A DNA stretch of 64,000 bases from Octopus vulgaris (GCA_951406725.2 OX597825.1:40548001-40612000); one strand, 5' to 3'; counted from the stretch's first letter, positions 40,371 through 55,228 are shown. The notes: generated by a model from the sequence alone, not told the origin. Numbers and translations: made by a program.

Positions 40371-40788
40371 TATGTGAATAGATGTATATACTTGAGTGTG
40401 TGGATCGATAGTTTAGCCAACACACCAATTCAAACACCTAATTATAAATACCAGGAACTCTCTTAACTCAGCCAGTTTTGTCGCTATGTTAGCGACCGGC
40501 TTGAACTCCCTCAAGAAAAGCTTAAATAATTCTTTTTTAAATTTCAACATACATACACATATTTATCTGTAGAAGGAGGTAAGACGATAAATGAGATTTG
40601 GAAAATTGATTTTCTCAAGTGGAGTTTTTAAAAAAAGCAGTACAATTGGTAAACAAACTGCGATGCACGCTTTCCCAAGTTAACCAAGTGTACAAACATA
40701 TAGGTACAACATTAAGAATTACGCTATTTATTTTAGGATAGGTTTACTGAAACATAATGTCTTGTAAGGGTAACTGCAGCAAAGGCAC

Positions 40789-41530
40789 TATTAATACGGA
40801 GAATTAATATCTATACCCGCTTAATGTGGCTGTTCTATCGCTAATATATGTATTTTTAACAAGTTCATTGGATAATCGCGACACCAGCGTCTTTTCTGGC
40901 GCTGTTTCTCTAGATATCGCTGGCGGGGAGATGAGTCGCTGATATCTCCAGCGGACGAGTGGCCATCACAGACGAGGTTAAGGAAGATCGAAGTCACGTG
41001 ATCTCGTGGTCTCAGCGCTGGAGGTGACGGGGATATATATCACCTCTAGCGATATAATCAAGAGGGCATTTTGCACCAAAAGCCAATATGAGATTTCCTT
41101 GGTATCTACTGCAGTATAGTTTATTGTAACACTAAATCCACGTTTGAGTGAGAATAAATATTACCTCTTGATACTAATATGCCTGTGCCGATAAATTATA
41201 TATTTTAACACGCTCACTGGCTAATCGCGAAACCTGTTTTAGCACTGTTTTTTTTTTATATATTACTGGTGTGGAAATGAATCGCTGCGATCTCCAGAGG
41301 TCCAAACTTCCATCATTGATGAAACCGAAGAAGGCCGAGGTCCCGCGATCTGGTGATCTCGGTGCTGGAGATGTCGGGCATTTACCTCCCTATTAACGAT
41401 ATAAACAAAAATAAATTTTGCTCCTAAATTTAATATGAGAGTTTCTCTCGTGGTATCTACCCCAGTATAATTTTTCTAAGAGAACATCCACGCTTAAGTG
41501 TGGATGAATATTACCTCTCCGTATTAATAC
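40789..41530. repeat. Two diverged ~350-bp tandem units with internal palindromes, bounded by ~48-bp inverted repeats
   Basis: Units at about 40850-41195 and 41200-41545. Internal arms 40914-40953 and 41016-41055. 40789-40838 is the inverse of 41480-41530. Confidence 0.7.
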
Positions 41531-41699
41531 CGCCTCTGTCACTAAAATATATTTTCTCATTTTGTTATATTGTGTCGAGTCGAAAGTTTTGCAATTTCTT
41601 GCTAGCTTATTTTACTTTATTCATCAAGTTACAACGAAAGCAGTTTAGCATTCAGAGTAGAAGTCATCATGTTGCCCCTTTTTTGCCAGTTCTGTGATT

Positions 41700-42270
41700 C
41701 TATACTGACACTAGGCCTTGTTCTTCGAGGCGAAAATCACCATCACTGAACGTTTCAAATCCTCTTGGACAATGAAGCATCACCCGCACCGGAATTGCGC
41801 CATACATCGGTAAAAATAATAATCTGAAGGATATATGCCCATACTATATGCTGAATATGGTACCATTTTCATTCCAACAACTTCCTGGAGTTTATTCTTA
41901 GTCATTCGAGTATAACGAGGTTTTGCATTTACTCACCGCAGAAGAGCTTTCTTTCTGTTATTTTTGCCGCACAGTGGAATATATCCGCCCCAGCGTTTCG
42001 GAGTACAAGTTGGCATTGATGTTTCGACCAGCTCGGATGAACTCATAGTGAATTATCCCCTCAAATATTCTACCGGACGAGGCGCCAATGTTTTGTGACA
42101 GGTTTCGGAAGATGGCCCACTGCTTATGCACGTTAAGATTGCGAACAAATATTTTCCTCGGATTATTACTAGTTCTGATGCATGGGTCACTTCCTTCGCT
42201 CACAATGCTTCATCATTCAAAAGGAAGTGGAAGCTTCAGTGAAATATATCTTCGCTTCGAAGGACAAGAA
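41700..42270. pseudogene. Rearranged mariner transposase fragments
   Basis: Minus strand gives EGIIHYEF..NINANLYSE.LGRI, and 41715-41765 gives the N-terminal remnant KRI*NVQ*W*FSPRRTRP (frameshifted F.SGDF.LED.PR type). Confidence 0.6.
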
Positions 42271-42499
42271 ATGGTATCAGCGTGAGATCAAAGAACTGAT
42301 ATAATGGTGTTTTTTGTCGTACAACCCCATGGCATCCACCTTCAATGCTAGGCTGCTTTTGTTGTAACTCGATAAGTAAAGCGAAACAGATACCAGAATA
42401 TTGCAAAACATTTGATTCAAGACAATATATAGATATATTCCGAATATAGTGTTTAGTCTTAGAACTCTAAAAAAAGGATCGTAAATAGGCATTATTCTT

Positions 42500-42708
42500 T
42501 CCTTTTATTCTTTTACTTGTTTCAAACATTTGACTGCGGCCATGCTGGAGCACCGCCTTTAGTCGAACAACTCGACCCCCGGATTTCTTCTTTGTAAGTC
42601 TAGTATTTATTCATCTGTCTCTTTTGTCGAACCGCTAAGTTACATGTGCGTAAACGCACCAGCATCAGTTGTCAAGCGATGTTGTAAGGGCAAACACAAA
42701 CACACAAT
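42500..42708 (-). mobile_element. SINE 3' part
   Basis: TTTTACTTGTTTCAAACATTTGACTGCGGCCATGCTGGAGCACCGCCTT...GAACCGCTAAGTTAC. Confidence 0.85.
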
Positions 42709-43443
42709 TTTCCCCTTTATTTTTATAATTTAATTTTTCGTTTACACAAAGGTCCATCAGTAATATGAAGAATTTCTGTATTGGCACATGAGATTTAATG
42801 CAATGATCTGGTTTATATTTTGCTAATTTTATCCATCCCTAACACTTATGTAACAATATGTTTATACGTAATATATACTATTTGCTATAGACCCAAAGAA
42901 AATAAACGTGCGGTGCTACATTTTTTATGATTTCTCTTTCAAGTTCCTTTATACTTGCAATTTATCAATTTTTATCTAGTAAATTAGTTGAATGATTTTT
43001 CGGCAGAGTTCAACACTTGGCGCTTAATATCAAATACTAGGACTTTTGCTATTTACTAATAATTTTATTTATTTCTTTTCAATTTATGTTTTGCATATAT
43101 TTTGTTATTGCGAAATAGGCAGTGTCATTGTAAGTTGTCAGTTAAATGCTGCTTCCTTGGAACAATCTTTATCTTCTTCATATTCTAACGGCGATATTAT
43201 GGTTTCTAAAATTGTCAAATTGTGGAGGAAGTAAGAATACTACAAATGAAAGGTTTATCTACATACCAGGAAACTCGATATATAGAGGATGTACTAAGGG
43301 TAGATTTACATATATGCTCACACACACACAAACACAGAAAGGTATATACATACATATATATGCATATATATACATATATACATATATATATATAATATAA
43401 AAAAAAAAAAAAAAAAAAAAAAAACATATATATACTATCAACG

Positions 43444-43541
<98 letters not shown>

Positions 43542-45877
43542 AGCGGGAGAAAGTGGGAGATCTATAATTTGGAGAATGAATAGGTTCATTATAAAACCAA
43601 CGATATTATGCTATATGCTTAAGAAAGCGGGGAGAGTAAGTCTTATTGATTCGTATTTTCAATTACATGCAGATGACATAAGCTGATGAGTTCTTATATA
43701 GTGAAAAACTTATTGAGACGGAAAAGCACTTTGGAAGATGTGATGTAGGACAGTAAAATGAAAATGCTTCTGATAAATAATATATAAATTAGATTATAAA
43801 ATGTAGCCTGTAGTAAAAGGTATGTATATTCTGATTCTATTCTCTATATTACTAACTTTTTTTCTTTATTGTCTCCTCCAACAATCTAAAGGACTCCTGA
43901 TTACTAACTATATATAAAGTTTTCGTTAATTTTTTTTTATTATTTAATCCTCTAACAGAAAAAAAGTTTTTATGGAGATGCCTTACATGTTTCTACGATA
44001 TGCACAATTCTGTAACCCAATTAGAAAACAAAGCATGTGTAATGGTGAAAAAATAACAGCAAACTCTTTTCCCAATATCTTTTGATATATAATAACTCCG
44101 CAAAAAATACTTTCCAGAATGTTTCACCCTTCCACACACTTCATACATACATATCTACATACGATTTTGGATAAAGCCTATGTACTTTCGTATACATTGT
44201 CTCATTAGAATAATCAGCATTATCATCATCACCATAATTTTCTCATCATCACACACAACAAAATCTTAACCTCATGTCTCTTTTATCTTGGTTTGAAAGC
44301 TTTTGCCATATATGATATATCACGGCGGATGTGATGGTACTTGAGGCCTATCATCTCACTACAATCCAATGTTCATTTTGATTTTTGCATCATACGTAAA
44401 TTTGACCGTCACAATATTTTGCAGAACTTCTTTTATTTAAATTCCATTCAGCACGCGTTTAAATTTTGTTCTTGTGCACATATTTCTTCAATATCAACTT
44501 TCACTAAACAGAGTCTTGTCAGCACAATTTCATTCTCTATGGACACTAGTGAATGCATCTAATTGAGCTACTACTTATTTTTTTCTTTAAGTTTTAGCAA
44601 GATGATTTAAATGATTAGCATAATATACTCGTCAGTACTATATTACTACATTATTTTCCATTCTGCAAATCACTCTTTCCTCTTCTGCTCATGGACCCAA
44701 CTGCATTTCAATATCATTGATATTACAATCTGTTTATAGCAAAATTTCGATAAATATATTAGATGTTGCAGTGAAGAGACTGGTTTCTCGAAACATGGCA
44801 CAATGAGACTATTCGCATCATAATGCATATCACCTCTTTTATCATTATTAAATATATTCTTCGGAAAACCTGTCGGTTCTACCTTGGTCATTGTTCAGTG
44901 TCTTTTTTAAATGACTTTCTCTTGAATTCTTTGTATGACTTGACCCCCACCCACCTATTTGTGTGAATCCATGTAGCTGTATGCGAAAAACAAATGATTC
45001 TTTTCAAAACATTTTCCTTCCTGGGTGACAATATTTCGTTTCTAATTGTATTTCATAAACAATTATTCAAAACTTATTAACATTTCCATCACACTTAACT
45101 CCGATATCTGCCACAAAGTGATAATTTCAATGTAATTTAATACGACTGGAACACAGCAGAAGTTTAACATTTTCATGCGCTTCAGAAAGATGAACAGCAT
45201 ATAAATTATATTTAAAGAGTAATTGGCTTAAGTGAACAGGAAAGTTTAAAATTTAGTAGTTTCTCAAAATTGAGGATTATAATGTTATTCACTTTTACGC
45301 CTCAGCATGAAATTCGCCTGCCATTCTGTTTTAATTATAACGGACTTTAAAATCCAGTGTATTCTAGAGAAACGATCACTCTTCTTAATGACCAACTATG
45401 ACCAACATTATTTTTTCAAGATGTGCACAAAGGATATAAACTTTTCATGAAAATCAGTACACTTATTACTTTACGTTAGAACCAGAGTCACCATATGATT
45501 CGCATATTCTTCTACAGCGTGATTATACCGGAAGTTCCAAATTAATGCACAACACTGTCTATCCAATGCTGCTTTTACCCGTCTTACTAATTTTGATGAA
45601 GAATTCCGTGTATTGCAGGCTAATCTCGCTCTTTTTCTGCAGGTGAATAGTCAGTGACTCTCCTGCTATTCCTCATGCTCAGTAACTCTTTCTCTTATTG
45701 AGGTCTGTAGTTGAGGAGTGATAATTGACAGAATTGAAGACAATGTAGCCTCTCATATCTCTGTCTCTCCCTCCTACATATTTACTGATTCTCTTAACTG
45801 ACTCTCTCTTAACCGGTTGCTCTATTTTCTGTTTCCTTCGGTGTTACTTTAATGTTTCTCTCTCACACAGTATACAC

Positions 45878-45917
<40 letters not shown>

Positions 45918-46601
45918 CGTATTGAACTCACTCTTTCATAGAATGTTACGTCTCATAACTCCCCCCACACACACACTCACCTTTACTACTTCTCTTACGT
46001 CATTCTCTTTTAACTGGTTGCGTTCTATTCAATGTTTCTATCAGCGATTTCATTTTGAAAAAAAAAATCCTGTTAGTCTTCGGTGAAAATTACAATTACA
46101 CCATACTTGCAAAACACTATCTTAAAGTGCTATTTTTATGTTATTGAATTGCTCTAAACGAATTTGACCATAAATATGTCGGAAATTTAGTATTTTTTAA
46201 GGATATTAATAAAATATGTTGGACCTATTTTCATGCCACCGACCGTCGGAGTTATTCTTATGTCTGTTTACATCGTTGCGTGAATGAATATGTTATTGAA
46301 TGTACTGTCGCCTGATATTTCATGCAAGCGTAGAATTCTGAAATAGCAGACGTAAATACTACGAAACTTTTGGAAACTTTATGCATTCGACTGCATGAAA
46401 ATAGGTTCGACTAATTTTAATGTTACCTTAAAAATATTAACTTTCATACATGTGTATGGTTAAATTCGTTTACAGCAATTCAACAACATAAAATTGCACT
46501 TTAAATAGTGTTTAGAGAGAGTGGTGTACTTGTAAATAAATACCCAAGGTAAATATTTACAATTACTACCGTGAAAACGTCCCTTTCATAGAAATTGGCT
46601 C

Positions 46602-49600
46602 AAATACTAGCTGAATCGTCTCAAAATTTTTACTGTATAATTGTCATAAATATTCACGCTTTCAACAGAATACTGTGTCCAGAAAAAAGAATGTCAACAA
46701 CCTGTCTCGAAAAATTCCCCGTTCACAAAAGATTGCTGAGCACAGACAAAAGACGCTAATTGAAGAAAGTAGACAAGGACCTAGCTCTTCTCAGTATCTC
46801 GAAGTAAAGCGAAGGTGATTGCAAGAAACCCGTGCAATGGAAACATCAGAAGAAACAGCGGCACGGAGAAATGTAGATCGGCTGAGGAGACAGGAAACCC
46901 GTGCAATGGAAAGACCAGGTAAAAGAGAAGAACGGAGAAATGTGAACCGGCTGAGAACACAGAAAGGCCGTTCAGTGGAAACACCACGAGAAACAGAAGC
47001 ACGGACAAATACTGATCGGCTGAGGAAACAGGATTCTAAGGAAAACACGTCGTTCCTACAAATTCAGCAGCGATAAGCAAACAACCAGGCACGATAATAA
47101 TCGAGATTTCCTCCACAAAGAACGGACACTGAGGGAATGGCTATGGTAGTTGATGTGACAGATTTTCATGAGAAAGAACGAAACCTAAGCCTCATATTGT
47201 ACTACTGTGGAAACATTTTTAACTGAACATGTCCTGACTACAAAGCTTACTTTTGGGATGCTCAGAAGACTACGCTGCGCTGTGACAAAGGTAAAATTAG
47301 CAAGGACAAAGTTCCACATATAAAAAAAAGCCCACAGAATTAATAGCTAAATACTATGATGTTAATCTAAGTGGTCAAATGTTTCTGAACAAAATTCTTG
47401 ACTACAACAATTTACTGGCTATGGCTTCACTTGGAATGGATAATCCACCAGTTGGACCGAAGGATGGTAGCACTTTTATGCCATCTTTCAAAATTCAAGG
47501 TAAGTTGTGTCACAGCTTTGGAAGTCTTCTACCAGCAGTAAATAGGAAGCCAGTCTACGCACAGCTGTAATTCGTTGACACTGAAGATGAGCTGAAAGCA
47601 AGTTGTCATTCAGAGGATCAGACAATAACCTTAATGAGAATATCTTGCTAGACTTGCAGAGAGCCCTGCATATGCACAGTCTGTATGTCAAAGGTTTTGA
47701 ACAGGCTATTGATATAAGTAAGGAATACTCTGCACCAGGAAAATATTCTACCGGTGATATTATAAGTCATGACAAACGGCTTATTTCTGCTGCGTCAAAT
47801 GAGAGAACTTATAATCCACCGACTGCATCAAAAGTCGCTGTGATCATAGTTGGAGATGATACTAATAATACCAATATTAAACCTGTGGATGTTGTTGAGC
47901 AGTACAGAGCAAACAGTGGGAAGTTACATTAGTCAAATCTACAGAAACGATGACCCTCTTCATTATGTACTTCTGTTTCCCTATGCGGAAGATAGCTGGA
48001 ATGTGATTTTTGAAGAACAGTGATCGAAGTAAAAACATCACTGAATGTGACTTTTATTCTTATCGGCTTCAGATAAGATAGATAGATCAAGATCGATTAC
48101 ACTTCCTGAGAACTCACCAGAAACAGCTTAAGGCTGAAAAGTACCAGGGCCTTCCGGATGCTATTCCAAATGGTGACATGAATGACGTAGGGTTCAAAAT
48201 CATTCCTCCGCCATCACACACTGGTTCTCCTCGATTTTACAGGGAGTGTTTCCAAGCTGGAATGGTTCTAGTGGGAGAGTGTGGAAAGCCAGACCACTCT
48301 ATCACTATGACAAACAGCCCATACTGGACTGAGAAGATGGAAGCCCTGTTTGAAGGTGAAAGAACACAGGATCGACCTGACATTTCAGCTAGAGTGTTTA
48401 AAATGAAGTACAACTCTCTGAAGTATGATCTATTAAAGAAGAATGTCTTGGGAAAAGTAGTGGCACATGTCTCTACAATTGAATGGCAGAAGAAAGGTCT
48501 TCCTCATGTCCACATATTGCTCTTTATGGCTGATACAGACACGCTAAGAACGCCAGAATTTATTAATCTAGTTGTATGTGCAGAGATAACCAGATAAGGA
48601 TATGAATTCAGATCTATTGAAGTTTGTTGTAAAAACAACAACATTCGCAGACCCTGTGGATGCCATAATCCAAGTGGTACATGCATAGATGGTGATCCAC
48701 CAAAATGCACAAATCATTTCCCAAACAATGCAGAAGTACCACACTTGTGGGTGATGATGCCTATCCAGAATACAGACTTCGGCCACCAATCTTTGGAGGC
48801 AGGACACACACTATTACAACTACTCGGACTTCTACTGAAGTAGGTAACAGCTTCATGGTGTCATACAACCCATTCCTATTTTTCCGATACAACTGTCATC
48901 TAAATGTTGAGTTTGTGCACACTGTACTGGCGGTGAAATATCTTTTTAAGTACCTCACTAAGGGCCTGGTAGAGTCAACGTTCATAGCCGATCAAGCAGT
49001 GCTGATGAAACAATTGGAATGCCTGAAGAGTTTAACAATGCAATCGTTAACGTGGTGGATAATAATACTGACACTTACCAAAATGTAAGATACATCTCAT
49101 CTAGTGAGGCATTTTGGAAGATATACTGAATTTCAATCCATTCCAGACATCCCGCTGTCATAAATTTCTCATGCCATTTGAAAAATCATCAATCTCTTAC
49201 TTTACTTTCGATGATGAGCTACCTGAAAAGCTTGAGCTTGTAGCAAAAACAACCTTGATTGAGTTTTTCAACATTAAATAAATATGACTGCGTCGCAAGA
49301 GACAAGCTATATGCTGAAATTCCAAAGTATTAAACTTGGAATAAAAAAAAGAAATGGCAAACGAGGAAAAGGGGAACTATCAGGGAAGATGGAATCTATG
49401 TAACCAGTACTATTAGTCGCATTCCCATTGACGCTTACAATGTCCAGCAGAAGGAATTATATTACACAAGGACGCTACTGCATCGCGTCAAAGGTCCCTC
49501 AATCCTACACTGACTTATGGATTGTTAATGGTGATCTATGTTTCAACTACCAAGATGTGCGCACAAAGCTGGGACCTTTACAAGACGAAATCATTAAAAC

Positions 49601-50946
49601 ATAAGATGAAGCCAAACATCACTGTTTCAGTGACCAGCTAAGACACGTATTTTGTACCGTTCTGCTTACTTGATGCAAAAGATTTATGGGAAAAATGCAA
49701 GGATGCATTGTATGATGACAGCAAAAGGCAAAATCGCATAGGAAAACCAACAGAACTCTTTTACAATGAGGTGCTGCTTTCTATCAAAGTAAGAGTGACT
49801 AGAGAAGAAGTCAAAATGGCAAATCTTGTTCTTCCAGAGCCAGATTTTAAAAGTGAACTAGAGGCTCTGCCTATGATGCTACAGAAAGAGCTAAATTTTG
49901 ATAAAGCTGCTCTTTCTGACTATGTTTTCGTGATGCATCCAATACTAAATGATGAACAGAAGTATGTATTTGACCAAATTGTTGGATCATTTAAAAAAAA
50001 AGCCGGGGAAAATATTGCTTGAAAGCGAGTGTTGACTCTGGGTAAACTTACACAATCAATCTGATTCTAACTGAAGTTCGGTCACAAGTCCATATTGTTG
50101 TTGCCACTTCAGTTTCCAGAATTGCTGCCACCTTGCTGGAAAATGGGCAAACTTTGTACTCCAGATGCCGTAATCCACTGAGAAATACAGAGTAATGTAT
50201 GTGTCATATGAAAATAAATGAATATGTGGAAAACTTTTTCCAAAAGGCAAGGCTACTGGTTATTGACGAGGTTAGAATGGGCCATAGGCATGTCTATGAA
50301 TGTGTTGATCGCAGTCTCAGAGTAGTTAGACAAGAAGCAGTGAAGCCGTTTGTTAGTCTGATTGTTTTGTTTTCATGAGACTGGAAGCAGATTATTTCCA
50401 CCACACATTTTGGTTCTGAAGAATCACTCTTCTATTATGCTGCTCAGAAACCTTGATCCAGCAGTAAGTCATTGCAACGGAACAAGATATTTAGTCTTGA
50501 ATCTGCACAACTACCGTATTGAAGCAGAAGTGGTCAATGGGACACATGCTGAAATCCGAATAATGATACTACGAATTCTACTGACCACCACTGAAGACTA
50601 CCCGTTCTCATTTTCCAGGAAGAAGTTTCCTATCAAGCCAGCTTTTGGAATAACATCAAACAAATTTCAGAGCCAGACCTTAGAAACAGTTGGAATTTAC
50701 CAGCCAACACCTATGTTCAGCCATGGCCAGTTCTATGTTGCCAACAGCATGGTTGGTTCTAGGAATAATATTCATATATTGGTTTTGGGCACAGAGTACA
50801 AAAGTATGAAAGGAATCTGCACTCATAACGTTGTCTATAAGGAAATTCTTTAAGAAAATTTAAGTTTCACTTTTTACTTTCAAACTACAAACAGTTTTGA
50901 TATGTACCAGCTGAATCGACCGCCTGGAGGGCAGGGATTCAGCTAG
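46602..50946 (+). mobile_element. Helitron with decayed Rep/Helicase
   Basis: R/E-rich N-terminal repeats at 46830-47040. HUH Rep motifs PDHSITMT, IEWQKKGLPHVHILLF and YLFKYLTKG. PIF1 helicase motifs GKTY, VIDEV, MLLRNL..CNGTR and FSHGQFYVA. 3' hairpin AGCTGAATC..GATTCAGCT followed by CTAG|T at 50943-50947. 5' boundary uncertain. Confidence 0.9.
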
Positions 50947-53483
50947 TATTTATAAATTAGCCACAGGCACTTTACTGCCTTAGGCAACTGCTTGCAATAC
51001 ATCGACACCAACTTAATAAATGATATAGGGTTATCCAGCTAAGTATCTAGAACTAATCTTCAAGGACATGTTTAATATAGAAGAAAAAGTTATATATATA
51101 ATACGATAGTGCTAAAAACATTTCTAGATAATTCTTAAAACTTACTAGAAACGTTAACATCTTTCGAGAAAATTCTGTTTCCTCCAGAGCAATAAATCTA
51201 TGGGAAATGTTTTGCAAAATAGATACATTTTGAAATATTATGAGTGAGGTCGCAAAAGCAAGGTTTGTAGATAATTGTAGACACATCTTTCCAATTTTCA
51301 TACATATTTTGGACATTTGTAAAAGTAAACACTCGTAAAGTTTTATTGCTTATGTTTTTCCCTTATCATCACCTTAACACAGTTGGAAAATATTTCTCAT
51401 CCCTTTTACGATGTTTAACCTCTATGATGTTCAGTATGGCAGTTTTCTATATAGCAGATTACTCTATTCTTAATAGCGGCTTTAGGGCACTACCATTTGT
51501 TCGTACGTTATATGAACACACATATACATACATGCATGCACGCATGCATGTATATATTTATGTATGTATGTATATGTGTATGCGTGCGTGCGTATATGTG
51601 TATATGCATGCATGCATGTATGTATGTATGTGTGTATGTACACTTTGCGAAAGGTATTTGAGATTATACTTGGCAAATTAATAAAATAACTCTAATCTAG
51701 CAAGAAAAAGTAATAATAGTAATAATAATTTGTGCATGTGTTCTCGATAAGCTTTCTTATATGACTATTCTTTCAATCCACCTTCAACACAGAATACTAG
51801 CTTTTGAAGCTGATAATTGAAACTTATCGTAAAACATTATTGATGTCTTTACAACCCAAATAAAACGAAGTTTCATCGGTTAAAAATATTTTATTGAATT
51901 TGAATAGGTAGTCATTTAATACATAGATATTAATGTTATGGATTTCGCATTCAAATACATTCTTCTTGCTTCCATCTTGCATAGTAATTCTTCTGGATAA
52001 CCGAGCTTGTAGTGAAATATCTATTTCATCTGGTTCATTAAATACACATTCCTTGCTATATGTCCTCAATTCATCAACATCGACTTGCATTACACTAATT
52101 AACAAATAACTTGTACATAATATTATGATGGAAAAGTCGCCATCAAAAATTATAGAGTAATTCTAAATCCGTTCTGCCTTCAGTGTAAATGATGAGATCT
52201 ACTCAGCTCTTAATTATGAATTATTATTGTTTTAAAATCCTACATGTAATACATATATGGAAATAGATTCCATTGGCGTAATGTTATGATTGCGTATGCA
52301 TTTATTTCGATTCCCTATATCTTATTTCGCAGAATCCCGGAGATAAACAGTTGTGTGTTAAACTTTGCTGAAAAGTAAACATGATAACCTGAGAAATGCA
52401 CAAGTAAATAGATGGGTTGGTAAGATACTTCAAGAATGTTTCCGAAATATCAAATGCTACAGTAAATACCTGAAATACATCTTCACTAATTATGACCAGA
52501 CTATCGATACCAATGTTGTGGGAAAACATCAAGAAGCAAAATAAATATGATTTGACATTCTTTTAAAATTTTAATTTGAAGAGCGTAGGAATTGATATCT
52601 GTGGCATACACGTTTTTCTTAATGTTATAAATCATTTGTATTAGAGCGCGCAATTAAAAGAGGTTTAAGAATTGGAAACTGGTTGTGTTAAAAAGGTTAT
52701 GATTTTAGATCGAACAATATTAACTAACTCAATATTTTAATGAGATTTTAAGATGCTACCACCAAAGAATGGAATTTCGATATTAGATGAAGACGATGAT
52801 GTGTATGATAAAGAGAATAAGGTTTATACTCGTGAAATATATAAGTATAATGGTATGAGAAAAGCGATCGATATAAATCTGAAGTATAGAAGAATAGCAT
52901 ATACTTTTAAAGTTGTCAAAATGTAAAGATTTAGATTTTATTAAACAGAGTCACCGAAGTTACTCTTCTCAAAATTTACATATGTCAAGTTATGTGTATT
53001 GTTCTCTAGTTTTCCCAAGGCTCTGGTAAAACCTGCTTTTATTTTTATTTGCAAATGACAAAACGCACAGGACAAATACATTTGGATTATTTAGATTGCC
53101 AAGTTACATTTTAAACAGAACATCTGAAAAAGATGTCAATTCAAGGAAGAAATCAGCATAAAAAGGAATACAGGAAAATAAAGGAAACATACATTTAGAA
53201 ATTAAAACAAAGCCATCGAACCTGACAGATGATTGACAAATATCTTTTGAAGAAAAGGGTGTTTCCATTTGTTATATTGAGAATTTAATTTAAAGTTAAT
53301 GAAAACATGTTTAAAATAAGATATTCCATAATTAGAATAAATATAATAGCTTCAATCATACTATTGTGAATTATAATGTTTCCATATTTAAATATGGTAT
53401 TCAAAACCATGGTTGCTATAGAAATATATATCACTATGATATTTGCTGTAACTTCCACAAGCAGCAGTGTGAGTAGCAGCAGT

Positions 53484-53554
<71 letters not shown>

Positions 53555-53582
53555 GGTGGTGGTGGTGGTGGTGGTGGTGGTG

Positions 53583-53618
<36 letters not shown>

Positions 53619-53630
53619 GTCGTAGTAGTC

Positions 53631-53674
<44 letters not shown>

Positions 53675-53676
53675 GG
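53484..53676. repeat. (GTA)n/(GTG)n microsatellite
   Basis: Read directly. Confidence 0.95.
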
Positions 53677-55007
53677 AAGAGGGGACAGCAACAACAACAA
53701 ATTTAACAGCAGCAACAACAGGTCTTCTTTACCACTCACACATTTTCGTATATGTACTAAATAGTTTTAGAGCGCAATAGTCTTTTCACTCTTTATCAGC
53801 ATAGTTAGTTTTAACTCAGTGTAAATTCTAGTTATTCCTATCTTCAACGATTATTTCAGACAGCCACGGTCCTTTCATAAAGCACTGGCTCATATGTAGA
53901 AACAAATATGCTAAAAGGGAAAAAAATTCTTATATTTCATTGAAGAAAATATTTCGTAATTTTGAAGAAATATGAATTGCAACAGCATATTAGATTACTA
54001 CTCACATATCTAGAACTGCATTGCTCTTCCACAGGCTAGGCCGTCAGAATAATTGGCAAATATTTACTGCAAATAATCTTTCACAATGCCATTTTGACCA
54101 GATACATAACTTCTTTAGTTACTTCGTCTGAACTTACTTCGTCTCATCTTTTACTCGTCTAAACTGTTACTCGTTTGAACTAATACATATTCACCTAACA
54201 ACTGCCTTCAAATACAACCTGTGCATTCCAAACGCTACCCATATATTTACATACTGCATTATCGATAAACAACTATGATAATTTTTTTTTTTACCAAAAG
54301 GCTTGATATTAATTCCGCAATATAAAAAAACTTCTGTCGCTTCGTTAACCTACTTGCACTTACTGCTTATCAATTGGGTTTAATTTGTTACTAATGTCTT
54401 CTTTGAATGTAATATGCATTGGCTATTTTTGCCGTATTAAATTTACAAATGTTATACAGCTATCCATAATGTACCACGCATTATATATTTCGAATAAAGT
54501 GTGTTCATATTACACTAGCTTTCCCAATGGCTGTCCTTTTGTACCGTAATTAAATATATATTTCAAGTTCGTGGTACATGGTTTAAAAATTACATTTCTG
54601 CAACCAGATAATTGAAAACGTCTAAAGAGCTTACTACTACTAAAAGTGATTGTGCCTGCCAATAAAAAACATGTGACAGATGTGATACAAAATTGTTAAA
54701 TGTCACCCTGTAATTCCGAAATCATTGGATTAAATGTTGCAGAACCGGACAGGAGAAATATTTGTAACGGCTCAAGAGACGTTAGAGAGACATGCTGGGG
54801 ATATGCATTGATGTGATAAATGTCTATAAGTGTTTAGTCAAACGGATCACCCAAAGTACTTATTTTCTCTTGTTTAAGCCTGGTATATACCGAATAAAAA
54901 AAAATACATACATACTCATATAGGCATAGATGCACACGACTACACATAAACAATACGCAGGCACACACACATTTATACATACATACATACACACTCACAC
55001 ACACACA

Positions 55008-55067
<60 letters not shown>

Positions 55068-55079
55068 ACATAATTCTTT

Positions 55080-55228
55080 CACTTTCCACCTATCGAATCA
55101 ACTCACGATGCCTTGATGCCTTGGTCAGCATTGAGCTATTACAAAATTCGCTTCTCCAAAGGGGCATACAGAGGAGTGAGCCCGGAAGCATGTGCTTGGG
55201 AAGCAAACTTTCTCCCACACAGCCACAC
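55080..55228 (-). mobile_element. SINE 5' head
   Basis: Reverse complement GTGTGGCTGTGTGGGAGAAAGTTTGCTTCCCAAGCACATGCTTCCGGGCTCACTCC is a tRNA-like head resembling the one at 61690. Confidence 0.55.

Noticed and set aside
43680-43720. CTGATGA...GAAA hammerhead-like string
   Set aside because: No credible stems I, II or III.
46830-47040. ~63-bp spaced repeats as a CRISPR-like array
   Set aside because: They are in-frame R/E-rich coding repeats at the Helitron Rep N-terminus.
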